Origin: a virus | DNA length: 64,000 bases | Reading direction: 5' to 3' (one strand) | Virus record (IMG/VR): IMGVR_UViG_3300031963_009547 | Shown: positions 29,503 to 39,031 of the stretch, one piece after another | Layout of the letters: each line of letters opens with the position of its first letter | How positions within the stretch are numbered: the first letter of the stretch is position 1 | Program-made: the position numbers and the translations under genes | Notes under the pieces: generated by a model | The model's input: the letters and a program-made list of their open reading frames with translations, nothing else | Databases searched by the model: none | What the model was told of the DNA's origin: nothing

Positions 29503-29856
29503 ATGGAATTTTTTATAAAACAAAATACAACTTTACCTATAGTCAAAATGGATGTAGTTTTTGATGGTAGAACAGATGCTGGTGAAAATTTTTACTCATT
29601 GATAGATAATGCTACTTTAAGGTTTTCTATGATTAGTGAAGAAACTGGTATTCCTAAAGTTAGTATGAAACAAGCATATATTGTTGCTAAAGACAAAAGA
29701 AATCCAGATTCACCGTGGGAATATTACATTTACTATAAGTGGGGTGCAAAAGATACTAACAAGAAAGGAAGATTTTTAGGTCAATTTTTAGTAGTTTTGG
29801 AAAGTGGGGAACTTATTTCACCGATTAGAGAAAATCTTTACATCAACATTATTTGA
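29503..29856 (+). CDS. BppU-N-like Ig-fold structural protein (start revised from 29455)
   Basis: MEFFIKQNTTLP..YYKWGAKDT..GRFLGQF..P..ENLYINI pattern; ATG at 29503 follows an A-rich leader. Confidence 0.55.
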   Translation: MEFFIKQNTTLPIVKMDVVFDGRTDAGENFYSLIDNATLRFSMISEETGIPKVSMKQAYIVAKDKRNPDSPWEYYIYYKWGAKDTNKKGRFLGQFLVVLESGELISPIRENLYINII

Positions 29857-29883
29857 CATTAAGACAACTCATTTTTATATTTA
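29852..29883 (+). promoter_or_regulatory. host-type promoter upstream of DNA polymerase
   Basis: TTGACA-N17-TATATT; also TTTG-N20-TATATTTA (Bacteroidota-like, 1 mismatch). Confidence 0.65.
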
Positions 29884-29947
29884 TTGAAGAAGGGAAACCA
29901 CGACTTAGTTCGTGAGAACAATAACCCAAAACTAAAAAATATAAAAT

Positions 29948-32776
29948 ATGGTTCCACAAGAAGAAATTGAACGCTTCCTATTAGGCGAAGACGAAGAAAA
30001 ATATATCGTATCACTCGAATACGATTACAAATCATCTAAAATTTATAAGGTAATACAAGACCCTGTTAAGGGTAAATTATTACGCCCCGACACATTTATT
30101 CCATTTGCTTGGGTTGGTGACTTGAAAGGAAAAAACTTTTACAAGAACGATAAACACGCACAAAAACGTGCGATGAGTGAAAATGGTATCATCATAGAAA
30201 AACTTGAAACTCACGGTGATGAACGTTTAGAAAACGGATTAAAGTATTTGGTTAAAACAACCAAGTCATATTCTAACCTTGTAAACTTCTTTAAAGGTGG
30301 TGGATTAGACCCATGGGGTAGAGATAACACAGATTCAATTCAAATATTATCACCCGTAGAACAATACTTAATTCAAAAAAGTAAAAGACTATTCAAAGGT
30401 TTTGATGAATACGATGAAATCCACAGGTTTGTATTCGATATCGAGACCACAGGTCTTGACCCCAAAACAAGTAAAATATTCTTGATAGGGATGAAAGACA
30501 ATCGTGGTTTTCTAAAATTATTATCAGCACAAAATGAAGATGAAGAACGACAAATGATTGTCGACTTCTTTAAGACTATTGATGAGTTGAAACCATCTTT
30601 GATTGGTGGTTACAACTCAGCTTTCTTTGACTTTCCATTTATTTTGAAAAGAGCTGAAATATTAAAAGTTAATATAAAAAAAATCTGTAAGACCTTGCAT
30701 CCTGATTATACACTGAAACAAAAAGATGGTATCTTAAAGTTGGCAAACGAAATGGAACCATACGTTCAGACACAGATGTGGGGGTATAACATTGTGGATA
30801 TTGCACACGCTGTTCGTAGAGCGCAAGCAATCAACTCAGACATTAAGAGTTGGTCTTTGAAGTATATCACCAAATTTATTGAAGCAGAAAAACCAAATCG
30901 TGTTTATGTTGAAGGAGATAAGATTGGTAAAATTTATTTTGATAACCTTGAATATTGGATGAACAAAGAAAACGGAGCATATAAAAAAGTTGGATTTGAT
31001 TCAAAAATAGATGAGGTATGTAAAAGAAGAGATGATGTTTATAAATTAGTTACAGGTTCAAAAATTATTGAAGACTACTTGGACGATGACCTTTATGAAA
31101 CGATGGTTGTCGATGAGCAGTTTAACCAAGCGAACTTCTTGTTGTCGAAACTTGTACCAACAACCTATGAACGACTTTCAACAATGGGAACCGCAACGTT
31201 ATGGAAAATGATTATGTCCGCGTGGTCATATAAACATAACTTAGCTTTACCAAGAAAATTAGAGAAAAGAAAGTTTACAGGAGGTCTTTCTCGTTTGGTT
31301 CAGGTTGGGTTCTCTAAAAACGTATTAAAACTTGACTACTCATCACTATACCCATCTATTCAGTTGGTTCACGATGTGTTCCCCGCTTGTGATGTAACGG
31401 GAGCGATGAAGAGCATGTTAAAGTATTTCCGTGATACTCGTATTAAATACAAGAACTTAGCGAGTGAATATAAGTCTATTGACCCGAAACTTGCAATTTC
31501 TTATGACCGAAAGCAATTACCAATTAAAATTTTTATCAACGCATTCTTTGGTTCATTATCAGCACCACAAGTATTTCCGTGGGGTGATATTGATATGGGT
31601 GAACAGATTACTTGTACTGGTAGACAATACCTTCGTCAAATGATTATGTTTTTTATGAAAAGAGGTTACGTTCCACTTGTAATGGACACGGACGGTGTGA
31701 ACTTTGAAACGCCACAAGATAGGGAGACATATAAGTATATTGGTAAAGGTTTGAACGGTCTTGTTAAAGAGGGTAAAGAATATGTTGGGGCTGAAGCGGA
31801 TGTTGCAGAATACAACGACTTATTCTTACGAGGTGAGATGGGATTAGACATTGATGGTGTTTGGCCTTCAACAATAAACGTGGCTCGTAAAAACTACGCA
31901 CTTCTCACAGACAAGGGTAAAGTAAAACTAACGGGTAATACAATTAAATCTAAAAAACTTCAAACGTATGTTGCCGAGTTTTTGGACACAGGTCTTCGAA
32001 TGTTATTAGATGGTAAGGGTGGAGAATTTTTGGACTTCTACTACGAATATGTAGACAAACTTTATAACAGACAAATTCCTTTGGCTAAAATCGCAAACAA
32101 AGCTCGTGTTAAACAATCAATTGATGATTACAAAGTTCACATTACTAAAACCACTAAGTCCGGTAATATGATGTCTCGTCAGGCTCACATGGAACTTTTG
32201 ATTAAAGAAGGTAAAAACCCTGGTCTTGGTGATACAATCTTCTATGTTAATAATGGTGAAAAGAAATCTCATGGGGACGTTCAAAAGAAAAAAGATGAAT
32301 TAGTTTTAAATTGTTATTTGATTGATGAACGTGATATAGAAATGAATCCAGATTTATTGGGTGAGTATAATGTTCCAAGATATTTGGCGGCATTTAACAA
32401 AAGAATTGAACCATTACTTGTTGTTTATAAACCTGAAATTAGAGAAGACATTTTAATTGAAAACCCAAAAGATAGACCTATATTCACTAAAACCCAAACC
32501 GAATTAGTTCGTGGTTATCCTATGAAAGAAGCTCACCAAGATACATTAGAAGAAGTATTAACATTATCAGATACCGAACTAACGTTTTGGAAAAATGTAG
32601 GTATTGACCCTTATTATATGTATTTGGATGGAACTGTAGATTTAGTCGACACTGAGTGGGTTGAAAATAACAGAGTTCTAATGGAACAATATGTTCAACA
32701 ACAAAAGAAAGTGGATGCTGACGAGTATTACGAATTTGATGTTGATGGTGATTTGATGGCTCTTAGTTTCGACTAA
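29948..32776 (+). CDS. family B DNA polymerase with 3'-5' exonuclease
   Basis: Exo FDIETTG, GYNSAFFDFPFI; Pol DYSSLYPSI, KIFINAFFG, MDTDGV, RKNYA; no intein evident. Confidence 0.97.
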   Translation: MVPQEEIERFLLGEDEEKYIVSLEYDYKSSKIYKVIQDPVKGKLLRPDTFIPFAWVGDLKGKNFYKNDKHAQKRAMSENGIIIEKLETHGDERLENGLKYLVKTTKSYSNLVNFFKGGGLDPWGRDNTDSIQILSPVEQYLIQKSKRLFKGFDEYDEIHRFVFDIETTGLDPKTSKIFLIGMKDNRGFLKLLSAQNEDEERQMIVDFFKTIDELKPSLIGGYNSAFFDFPFILKRAEILKVNIKKICKTLHPDYTLKQKDGILKLANEMEPYVQTQMWGYNIVDIAHAVRRAQAINSDIKSWSLKYITKFIEAEKPNRVYVEGDKIGKIYFDNLEYWMNKENGAYKKVGFDSKIDEVCKRRDDVYKLVTGSKIIEDYLDDDLYETMVVDEQFNQANFLLSKLVPTTYERLSTMGTATLWKMIMSAWSYKHNLALPRKLEKRKFTGGLSRLVQVGFSKNVLKLDYSSLYPSIQLVHDVFPACDVTGAMKSMLKYFRDTRIKYKNLASEYKSIDPKLAISYDRKQLPIKIFINAFFGSLSAPQVFPWGDIDMGEQITCTGRQYLRQMIMFFMKRGYVPLVMDTDGVNFETPQDRETYKYIGKGLNGLVKEGKEYVGAEADVAEYNDLFLRGEMGLDIDGVWPSTINVARKNYALLTDKGKVKLTGNTIKSKKLQTYVAEFLDTGLRMLLDGKGGEFLDFYYEYVDKLYNRQIPLAKIANKARVKQSIDDYKVHITKTTKSGNMMSRQAHMELLIKEGKNPGLGDTIFYVNNGEKKSHGDVQKKKDELVLNCYLIDERDIEMNPDLLGEYNVPRYLAAFNKRIEPLLVVYKPEIREDILIENPKDRPIFTKTQTELVRGYPMKEAHQDTLEEVLTLSDTELTFWKNVGIDPYYMYLDGTVDLVDTEWVENNRVLMEQYVQQQKKVDADEYYEFDVDGDLMALSFD

Positions 32777-33105
32777 GAGTTCTTCAATCCATCAGAAGAT
32801 AAAATATACCAATAATCTCCTATTTTTCTATATTCAACACAAGCTCCTTTATCTAATTCTATAATATCAAACTCCTCATCTATTGGTGAGTCTGCGGTCA
32901 CATTTACTTTTGTTAATGCTTTAATTACAACGTGGTCTGTTGTTTTTGAATCTAAAAATAAATCGCAGACATCAATATCTTTTATTACTATTGCTGATTC
33001 ACCATTTGTTGAATAATATTTGTTTGTTACGACAGCAACATCAGAAGTTACGATTTCGTGACCATTTATAATTCTTTTAGATGGTATTGACCTAAATACT
33101 GACAT
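32773..33105 (-). CDS. hypothetical protein, probably structural and beta-rich
   Basis: 110 aa, downstream of the neck gene; C-terminal IELDKGACVEYRKIGDYWYI. Confidence 0.6.
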   Translation of the reverse strand: MSVFRSIPSKRIINGHEIVTSDVAVVTNKYYSTNGESAIVIKDIDVCDLFLDSKTTDHVVIKALTKVNVTADSPIDEEFDIIELDKGACVEYRKIGDYWYILSSDGLKNS

Positions 33106-33110
33106 AAATA

Positions 33111-34232
33111 TTAAATTACGGTATATGGACTTTGGAATGCCCTGAACTTTAATAATTTGTTCAAGTTCTCTGCTTGTAAAGCCTTTTGTTCCATCATTTT
33201 TTCAGGACGTAATCTTTCTAAACGAGTTTTTAATTCTTCCCATAGCATTGTTTTCTCATCTTTCGCTTCCGTTGCTAATGATGAATAGTCCATAGTTAAT
33301 TCGGAATCAGGAGTTTTAAGATTACCACTAAACTTACCTCTCACTCTTGCTAATGTTTCTTTACAGTACGCGGTAAACCATCTTCTTACCCAAATTTGTG
33401 CGGGTGAATTTAACTTATCCCATCTTAATCTTTCTAAAGGAATGTCTGAAGGTAGTCTGACTACATCAGGATTATTTGCTAAACAATCTTCTCTGTCAAA
33501 AGTATCATAGTACCAATACCATACCCTGTAGTCATTATGTTTCATGTTACCAAAATCAAACTTACCACCCGGTACATTATAAAGATGAATTGCTTTTTTA
33601 CCTTCCGGAAGTGCTGTTACTCGGTAAGTTAATTCTCCAGTAATAATTCTTCTTTTGATATTGATATCAGACATTCTTAAAAGAATATCGAATGCTGGTG
33701 TAATAAAATAATTACCTGTTGTACCTAATTGTGAAAATCCGGCACCACCACCTAAACCAATACCACCAAATCCTCCAAAACCACCCATGAATGGGTCGAA
33801 GTATGCTGCGTCCAATTCTGAACGTGAAAACCAAAGAAGTTCATTAAGTTCCCTACCTGCCGGTATTTCATAAATTTGTTGATTTGGTACTAAATCAATG
33901 TAATCTTTCTTCAAGACCCAATCGCCACCGGCTTGTAAACCAACAATTTTAGAGTAAGCATAAGTGTATTGAGTTTCCCAATCCATACTTCTTGTTGATA
34001 AAGCTCTCGTGATGGATTGTTCATCTAAGTTAAGACCATAAACTGAAGTCCACTGTGACTCAATTAACCAATCTTGTACATGTTGTTCATAATCTTCGAT
34101 AGATAATTCTAAAAGAGAATCCAACATTTCGTCTTCAAGTTCCACTGAACGTAAAGGTGCACCCAAAAGATTACGTATTCTTTTGTAAAGTTTACTTCTT
34201 TCTGGTTCGTTGATAATAACTGTAGTTGACAT
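33111..34232 (-). CDS. neck/head-tail adaptor protein (T4 gp13-like)
   Basis: LLGAPLRSVELEDEML at the N-terminus and WVRRWFTAYCKETLARVRGKF..LTMD at the C-terminus, typical of gp13-like proteins. Confidence 0.75.
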   Translation of the reverse strand: MSTTVIINEPERSKLYKRIRNLLGAPLRSVELEDEMLDSLLELSIEDYEQHVQDWLIESQWTSVYGLNLDEQSITRALSTRSMDWETQYTYAYSKIVGLQAGGDWVLKKDYIDLVPNQQIYEIPAGRELNELLWFSRSELDAAYFDPFMGGFGGFGGIGLGGGAGFSQLGTTGNYFITPAFDILLRMSDINIKRRIITGELTYRVTALPEGKKAIHLYNVPGGKFDFGNMKHNDYRVWYWYYDTFDREDCLANNPDVVRLPSDIPLERLRWDKLNSPAQIWVRRWFTAYCKETLARVRGKFSGNLKTPDSELTMDYSSLATEAKDEKTMLWEELKTRLERLRPEKMMEQKALQAENLNKLLKFRAFQSPYTVI

Positions 34233-34267
34233 AGATTTTTTTATATAAATATCCTACCAAAATAAAT

Positions 34268-35356
34268 CTAAACAGACTTCTTTTTAATTTGTGTTGTATA
34301 TTGGTCGTTTACAAACCCCCAATTCACAACTTTCCAAAAGTTTTTAATGTATTCGTCTCGTTTATTTTTATATTTTAAGTAGTACGCGTGTTCCCATAAA
34401 TCTAAACCAAGTAATGGGTAACCATTTTCTTTTTCGGTATTCATTAAAGGATTATCTTGATTAGAAGTTGTAACAATTTTTAATCTATTATTTTTTGTTA
34501 AAATTAACCAAGCCCACCCTGAACCAAATTTAGTTTTAGCTTCTTCACTAAATTGCTCCTTGAATTTTTCAAACGAACCAAAATCTTTTTTTATTTTAGA
34601 AAGTATTGGGTCCGATACTTCTTGTTTTTTTGGCGATAACATCTTCCAAAACAAAGCGTGATTAAAAGCACCACCACCATTGTTTTTAACAACATTATTA
34701 AATTTTGAAATCTTTTCTACGATTTCTTCTAAATCTAAATCCTTACCTTTAATTTTTTCTAATTCAACATTTAGTTTTTCAACATAACCCTTGTAATGTT
34801 TGTTGTAGTGGGTATTCATTGTTTCACCATCAATAAATTTTTCTAAAGAGTTATAGTCATATGGAAGTTTATCAACACTTACTTTTTTAATTTCGGTAAT
34901 TAATAATTCTTTTTTTGAAGATTCAATTTCTAATAATGTTTCAATTTTTTCAATTTGCTCTGAAAAAGATTTATAGATAATTTTTTCCATATCCTTATTA
35001 TTTTTTTCAAACTTTTTAATTTCTTGAGACGCCTGTGAACTTGCTTCATCTTCGTTTTTTCCACCAATATCTTTTCCTTTTTTTCTTTTCAAAACGGTTC
35101 GTTGGTATTCATGTGACCATTCATGAGCCAATGTTCTTAACACATCACGATTCAATCTATCTTTTACTAAAATTTTAAGTTTGTTTTTATCGGTTCTCGA
35201 ACCTGTAGTCATTTCGCCGGTTCTTTTATTTTGGAATACAATATCCAAATTATCCTCTAATGGGTAATTTTTTTTAAGTTGTGAAATAAAATCATTGATT
35301 AAAACTTTATCCTCTTTACTTGGCTCAATTCCAATATATTCAACATTTACGTCCAT
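34268..35356 (-). CDS. Mn/Fe superoxide dismutase fused to an N-terminal HExxH zincin-like domain
   Basis: SOD: LPYDYNSLE, THYNKHYKGYV, NGGGAFNHALFW, FGSGWAWL, NQDNP, DLWEHAYY; N-term RTLAHEWSHEYQ..NEDEA. Confidence 0.9.
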   Translation of the reverse strand: MDVNVEYIGIEPSKEDKVLINDFISQLKKNYPLEDNLDIVFQNKRTGEMTTGSRTDKNKLKILVKDRLNRDVLRTLAHEWSHEYQRTVLKRKKGKDIGGKNEDEASSQASQEIKKFEKNNKDMEKIIYKSFSEQIEKIETLLEIESSKKELLITEIKKVSVDKLPYDYNSLEKFIDGETMNTHYNKHYKGYVEKLNVELEKIKGKDLDLEEIVEKISKFNNVVKNNGGGAFNHALFWKMLSPKKQEVSDPILSKIKKDFGSFEKFKEQFSEEAKTKFGSGWAWLILTKNNRLKIVTTSNQDNPLMNTEKENGYPLLGLDLWEHAYYLKYKNKRDEYIKNFWKVVNWGFVNDQYTTQIKKKSV

Positions 35357-35368
35357 GATATATAAATA

Positions 35369-37132
35369 TCATCGGTTTTTAGAAATCATATTTAACATTT
35401 CTTCAATTATCGACGCTTCGTCAAATGTATCATCACCCATTACCGTTGATATGATTTTTTTCTTTCTATTTAAGATGTCGTAAATTGCGCCTTCAATACT
35501 ATTTTCAAATAGGGGGTAATATACTGATGTTGAATTTTTTTGTCCAATACGGTGAGACCTGTCTTCTGCTTGTGAATGTTCTGCAGGTACAAAAGATAAA
35601 TCATTCATGATTACGGCTTCTGCTGAGGTTAAAGTAATACCAACACCAGCAGCTTTCAAGTTTCCGACAAATACTTTGATTTTATCATTTGTTTGAAACT
35701 CATCAACGGCATTTTGTCTGTGGAACTTAGAACAACTACCATCCAAATAAACAGCTGACTTACCAAAGTGGTTATAGATTTGATTTAGTGTGTCGGTAAA
35801 GTTTGTAAATATAATAACCTTTTTACCTTGTTCTATAATGTTTTCAGCTAACTCAATTGTGTTATTAATTTTTTCTTGTGCAATAACTTTTCTAACTTTC
35901 ATCAATTTTGAAAACTGAATTGTAAGTGATGAAGACTCTTCAGGATTTTGGTCGTACCAATTGAAATACTCACCCATTAACTCTTCGTAATCTTTTGATT
36001 TGAGTCTCAAATATACAGGAGTGATAATTTTTTCAGGTAAATCTAAAACGTCTTCTTTTAACCTTCTTAAGATGTGTGTTGAGGTTCTTTCTCTTAATTC
36101 TTCTAGATTAGATGCTCCCGTAACATTCCATACTTTTCTTTTTCCAACACTAAATTGGAATCCGTTACAATATCTTTTAGCATAAGCCATCCAATTCATT
36201 GCTACAGGACTATCAACAAGGTTTAATAAATTATAATAATTCATAGGTCGCGATGTCATAGGTGTTCCTGATAACAACCAAACTCTATTTGATTTACTTG
36301 CAATGTCGTTGGCAATTTTTGTTCTTTGTGCTTGTGGATTAGAAATCATGTGAGCTTCATCCATAATAACTAAATCAAAATTAATCTTCATTATTTCTGA
36401 TTTTTCCTTTTCTTTAGTGTCGTGGAAATTTTTTAAGATATCATAGTTCACAATAACAAAATCATGTTCATCTGAAAATTTCTTACCTTCTGCAATATAT
36501 ACGGTTCTATCTGAATAATTTGCAATCTCCCTCTGCCAATTTATTTTTAAAGACGCAGGACACACGATTAAAACTTTTTTAGCACCTGTTTCTAAAGCAG
36601 CAATGATTGTAGATGTTGTTTTACCAAGTCCCATATCATCTGCCAAGATAAACTTTTTGTTTCTTACAAGTTTTTCGATTGCTTCTTTTTGATGTTCCAT
36701 AGGTGGTCTATGGGTATATTTGTCGTAATCAATTGAAATGTTTTTTACTTCATTGTCTTTTAGTAATGCCGATTTTGGCATCCAAAAGTCATGTAAAGTC
36801 TCACCTGAAAAGATTTTACCCCAAATATGATAAGCCTTATCCTTTTCAACCAACAACTTTTCAACATAAATTTCTGAAGGTTCTTTGGTATACATTTTAT
36901 CTTCCATCAGTTTTTTACCAAAATATGAATCTAATTTGACCCATTTTTTTGCAACTTTTGGTTGTAATGTGTGATAATTATTGATGTAATCTGCTTGAGG
37001 TCTTGTAGGTACAAAAGACTTACTATTTTGTTTTTTGTGTTTTAAATTAAGGATATAGTTATTTGACCCTTCATAATCATCTAATATCAAAAGAGCTTTC
37101 GATTCGGGTGTTTTTTGCACAAAATCTTCCAT
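35369..37132 (-). CDS. SNF2/SMARCAL1-like helicase (start revised from 37300 to MEDFVQ)
   Basis: LADDMGLGKT, VCPASL, DEAH, LSGTP, LRRLK, GVGITL, QAEDRSHRIGQ; the longer start would overlap the divergent gene. Confidence 0.92.
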   Translation of the reverse strand: MEDFVQKTPESKALLILDDYEGSNNYILNLKHKKQNSKSFVPTRPQADYINNYHTLQPKVAKKWVKLDSYFGKKLMEDKMYTKEPSEIYVEKLLVEKDKAYHIWGKIFSGETLHDFWMPKSALLKDNEVKNISIDYDKYTHRPPMEHQKEAIEKLVRNKKFILADDMGLGKTTSTIIAALETGAKKVLIVCPASLKINWQREIANYSDRTVYIAEGKKFSDEHDFVIVNYDILKNFHDTKEKEKSEIMKINFDLVIMDEAHMISNPQAQRTKIANDIASKSNRVWLLSGTPMTSRPMNYYNLLNLVDSPVAMNWMAYAKRYCNGFQFSVGKRKVWNVTGASNLEELRERTSTHILRRLKEDVLDLPEKIITPVYLRLKSKDYEELMGEYFNWYDQNPEESSSLTIQFSKLMKVRKVIAQEKINNTIELAENIIEQGKKVIIFTNFTDTLNQIYNHFGKSAVYLDGSCSKFHRQNAVDEFQTNDKIKVFVGNLKAAGVGITLTSAEAVIMNDLSFVPAEHSQAEDRSHRIGQKNSTSVYYPLFENSIEGAIYDILNRKKKIISTVMGDDTFDEASIIEEMLNMISKNR

Positions 37133-37140
37133 AATATAAT

Positions 37141-37170
37141 AAAATATAAGAAACAACCATAAAAAATCAA
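37141..37170 (-). promoter_or_regulatory. host-type promoter for the helicase
   Basis: Minus strand TTGATT-N16-TATATTTT. Confidence 0.45.
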
Positions 37171-37187
37171 TTAAAGTATTTATAGGT

Positions 37188-37703
37188 ATGGCGGATAGTA
37201 GAGTTCCAATAACAAGATTAAATAAGTTTTTTGCCGAAGAAGACTTCAATTTAGAAATTTCTATGGGTGATGAATGGCTTGGGGGTGATATGAATTTCAC
37301 TCTTGTTTTATATCGTGTTGATAGACAAAGAACGGTGAATGATGATGTTTATGGTGAAACTTTAGAAGATGGAATACAATTTTTACCACCTGTTGAATTT
37401 AAAGGGTATGTACAGATTGAGGCACCTTCTAATGTCGATTATGGGGCATCTAGATTATCTCAGTCCGAGCCAGGTAATTTGAAGGTTGGTGTTTACCAAA
37501 AACAACTTGATGAATTACAAATTGAAATTAACTTTGGTGATTATATTGGGTATTACGAAACAGAAGACCGAGTAAGATACTATACTGTTGTAAATGATGG
37601 TCGTGTGTTAAGTGATAATAAACACACCTATGGCGGTTACAAACCTTTCTATCGTTCCATAGTAGCATCACCTGTTACAGATAATGAATTTAGAGGAATA
37701 TAA
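37188..37703 (+). CDS. head closure/neck protein (T4 gp14-like)
   Basis: NDDVYGE, PPVEFKGYV, GDYIGY; position before the tail terminator and sheath genes. Confidence 0.6.
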   Translation: MADSRVPITRLNKFFAEEDFNLEISMGDEWLGGDMNFTLVLYRVDRQRTVNDDVYGETLEDGIQFLPPVEFKGYVQIEAPSNVDYGASRLSQSEPGNLKVGVYQKQLDELQIEINFGDYIGYYETEDRVRYYTVVNDGRVLSDNKHTYGGYKPFYRSIVASPVTDNEFRGI

Positions 37704-37705
37704 TA

Positions 37706-38746
37706 ATGGCATTACCATCAAAAGTTAAAAAAAATTTACCATTGATACCTGAAAAGGTTGGTCGTGAAAGAAGACAACAAATGTTGGATGATATCACTGA
37801 CCACGGAACTTTTTTACCAAAAGGGGTTTTACATGCCGACTTAGATTTAGGTATGTTAGATTTTGTAAAAGAACAATTAAAATTAGTGGTAACTGAAAAA
37901 CCTGTACCTACTGTAGATAAAATTATAACGACTCAGAACTGGTCTCAATTCACAGAGACATGGAACTTTCAAGATTTAGATAAGAACATCTCACTACCAT
38001 TTATTGCAACAGTAAGAACCCCTGAGGTTAAGTACGGAACTTTTCAAGGGGGAGCTGCTAACATACCTAACAGAAGACAATTCTTTTATTATACCGTTCC
38101 AACTTGGGATGGTCAAAGAAAGGGTGCAGATGTTTATACAATACCTCAACCAATACCTGTTGACATTACATATAATGTAAAGTTATTCTGTAATAGAATG
38201 CGTGAACTTAATGAGTTTAATAAAATTGTTATGCAAACGTTCACATCAAAACAGGCATACACCCAAATCAAAGGTCACTATATCCCAATTATTATGGAAG
38301 GTGTTGCTGATGAGTCAGTTAAAGAATTAGAAAAAAGAAAATATTATATTGCAAACTATACTTTTATAATGAAAGGTCTTCTAATTGATGAGGCAGAATT
38401 CAAGGTATCACCTGCAGTTACTAGACAAGTTTCTTTATTTGAAACTGAAACAAGAAATACGTCAAGAAGAGTGAAATTAGAACCATCAAGACCCGATAAC
38501 TTTGATTTAGATTTATTATTTGTCGCAGGTAATAACCAATTATCTGAAGTTTTTAGATATACGGTTGACTTAAAAGTGACCGAATTAGAAAACGTAAGTT
38601 CTTATGATGTGTTCATCAATTCAAATTATGTGGGAACTGATTTAACCACAATTCAAATTAATGACGGAGATACATTTTTAATTACTGTAACAAAGGCAAA
38701 CTTATTAGCTGAAAGTAAAATTAAAACAGTATCTTATTTAGTTTGA
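37706..38746 (+). CDS. tail terminator/sheath stabiliser (T4 gp15-like)
   Basis: LPFIATVR, IPQPIPVDITYNVKLF..MRELNEF; immediately upstream of the sheath gene. Confidence 0.62.
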   Translation: MALPSKVKKNLPLIPEKVGRERRQQMLDDITDHGTFLPKGVLHADLDLGMLDFVKEQLKLVVTEKPVPTVDKIITTQNWSQFTETWNFQDLDKNISLPFIATVRTPEVKYGTFQGGAANIPNRRQFFYYTVPTWDGQRKGADVYTIPQPIPVDITYNVKLFCNRMRELNEFNKIVMQTFTSKQAYTQIKGHYIPIIMEGVADESVKELEKRKYYIANYTFIMKGLLIDEAEFKVSPAVTRQVSLFETETRNTSRRVKLEPSRPDNFDLDLLFVAGNNQLSEVFRYTVDLKVTELENVSSYDVFINSNYVGTDLTTIQINDGDTFLITVTKANLLAESKIKTVSYLV

Positions 38747-38908
38747 TTATTCACCGTAGATATCTTTAGTTTCTTTACAATTTTCCATAATTAACTTTTC
38801 CAAAAACTTGTAAATTTTTAATCCGTTTTTATCACAGTATTTTTTTAACTGATTGTGTATTTCTGCATCAATTTTTAGGTTTTTTATTTTCTTAACGGGT
38901 TTTTTCAT
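38747..38908 (-). CDS. 53-aa ribbon-helix-helix-like DNA-binding protein
   Basis: Not in ORF track: MKKPVKKIKNLKIDAEIHNQLKKYCDKNGLKIYKFLEKLIMENCKETKDIYGE; KNLKID strand followed by two helices with a G turn. Confidence 0.7.
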   Translation of the reverse strand: MKKPVKKIKNLKIDAEIHNQLKKYCDKNGLKIYKFLEKLIMENCKETKDIYGE

Positions 38909-39031
38909 AGCAGGTAGAAAAAAGGCAGAATTTATTCTTACTCCCTAATAAATATTATAAGAATGTAAAGTTTTTTGTTATTTGACGATGTATTTATATA
39001 TAAAAAATAAATTTAAAATACTTTTATTAAC

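Noticed and set aside
29948-32776. Intein or intron in DNA polymerase, helicase or RecA
   Set aside because: Motifs are contiguous, sizes are ordinary, and no LAGLIDADG or HN-C/S/T splice junction was seen
37133-37300. N-terminal 56 aa of the helicase ORF as given in the track
   Set aside because: Overlaps the divergent neck gene and both promoters; ATG at 37132 has a proper leader
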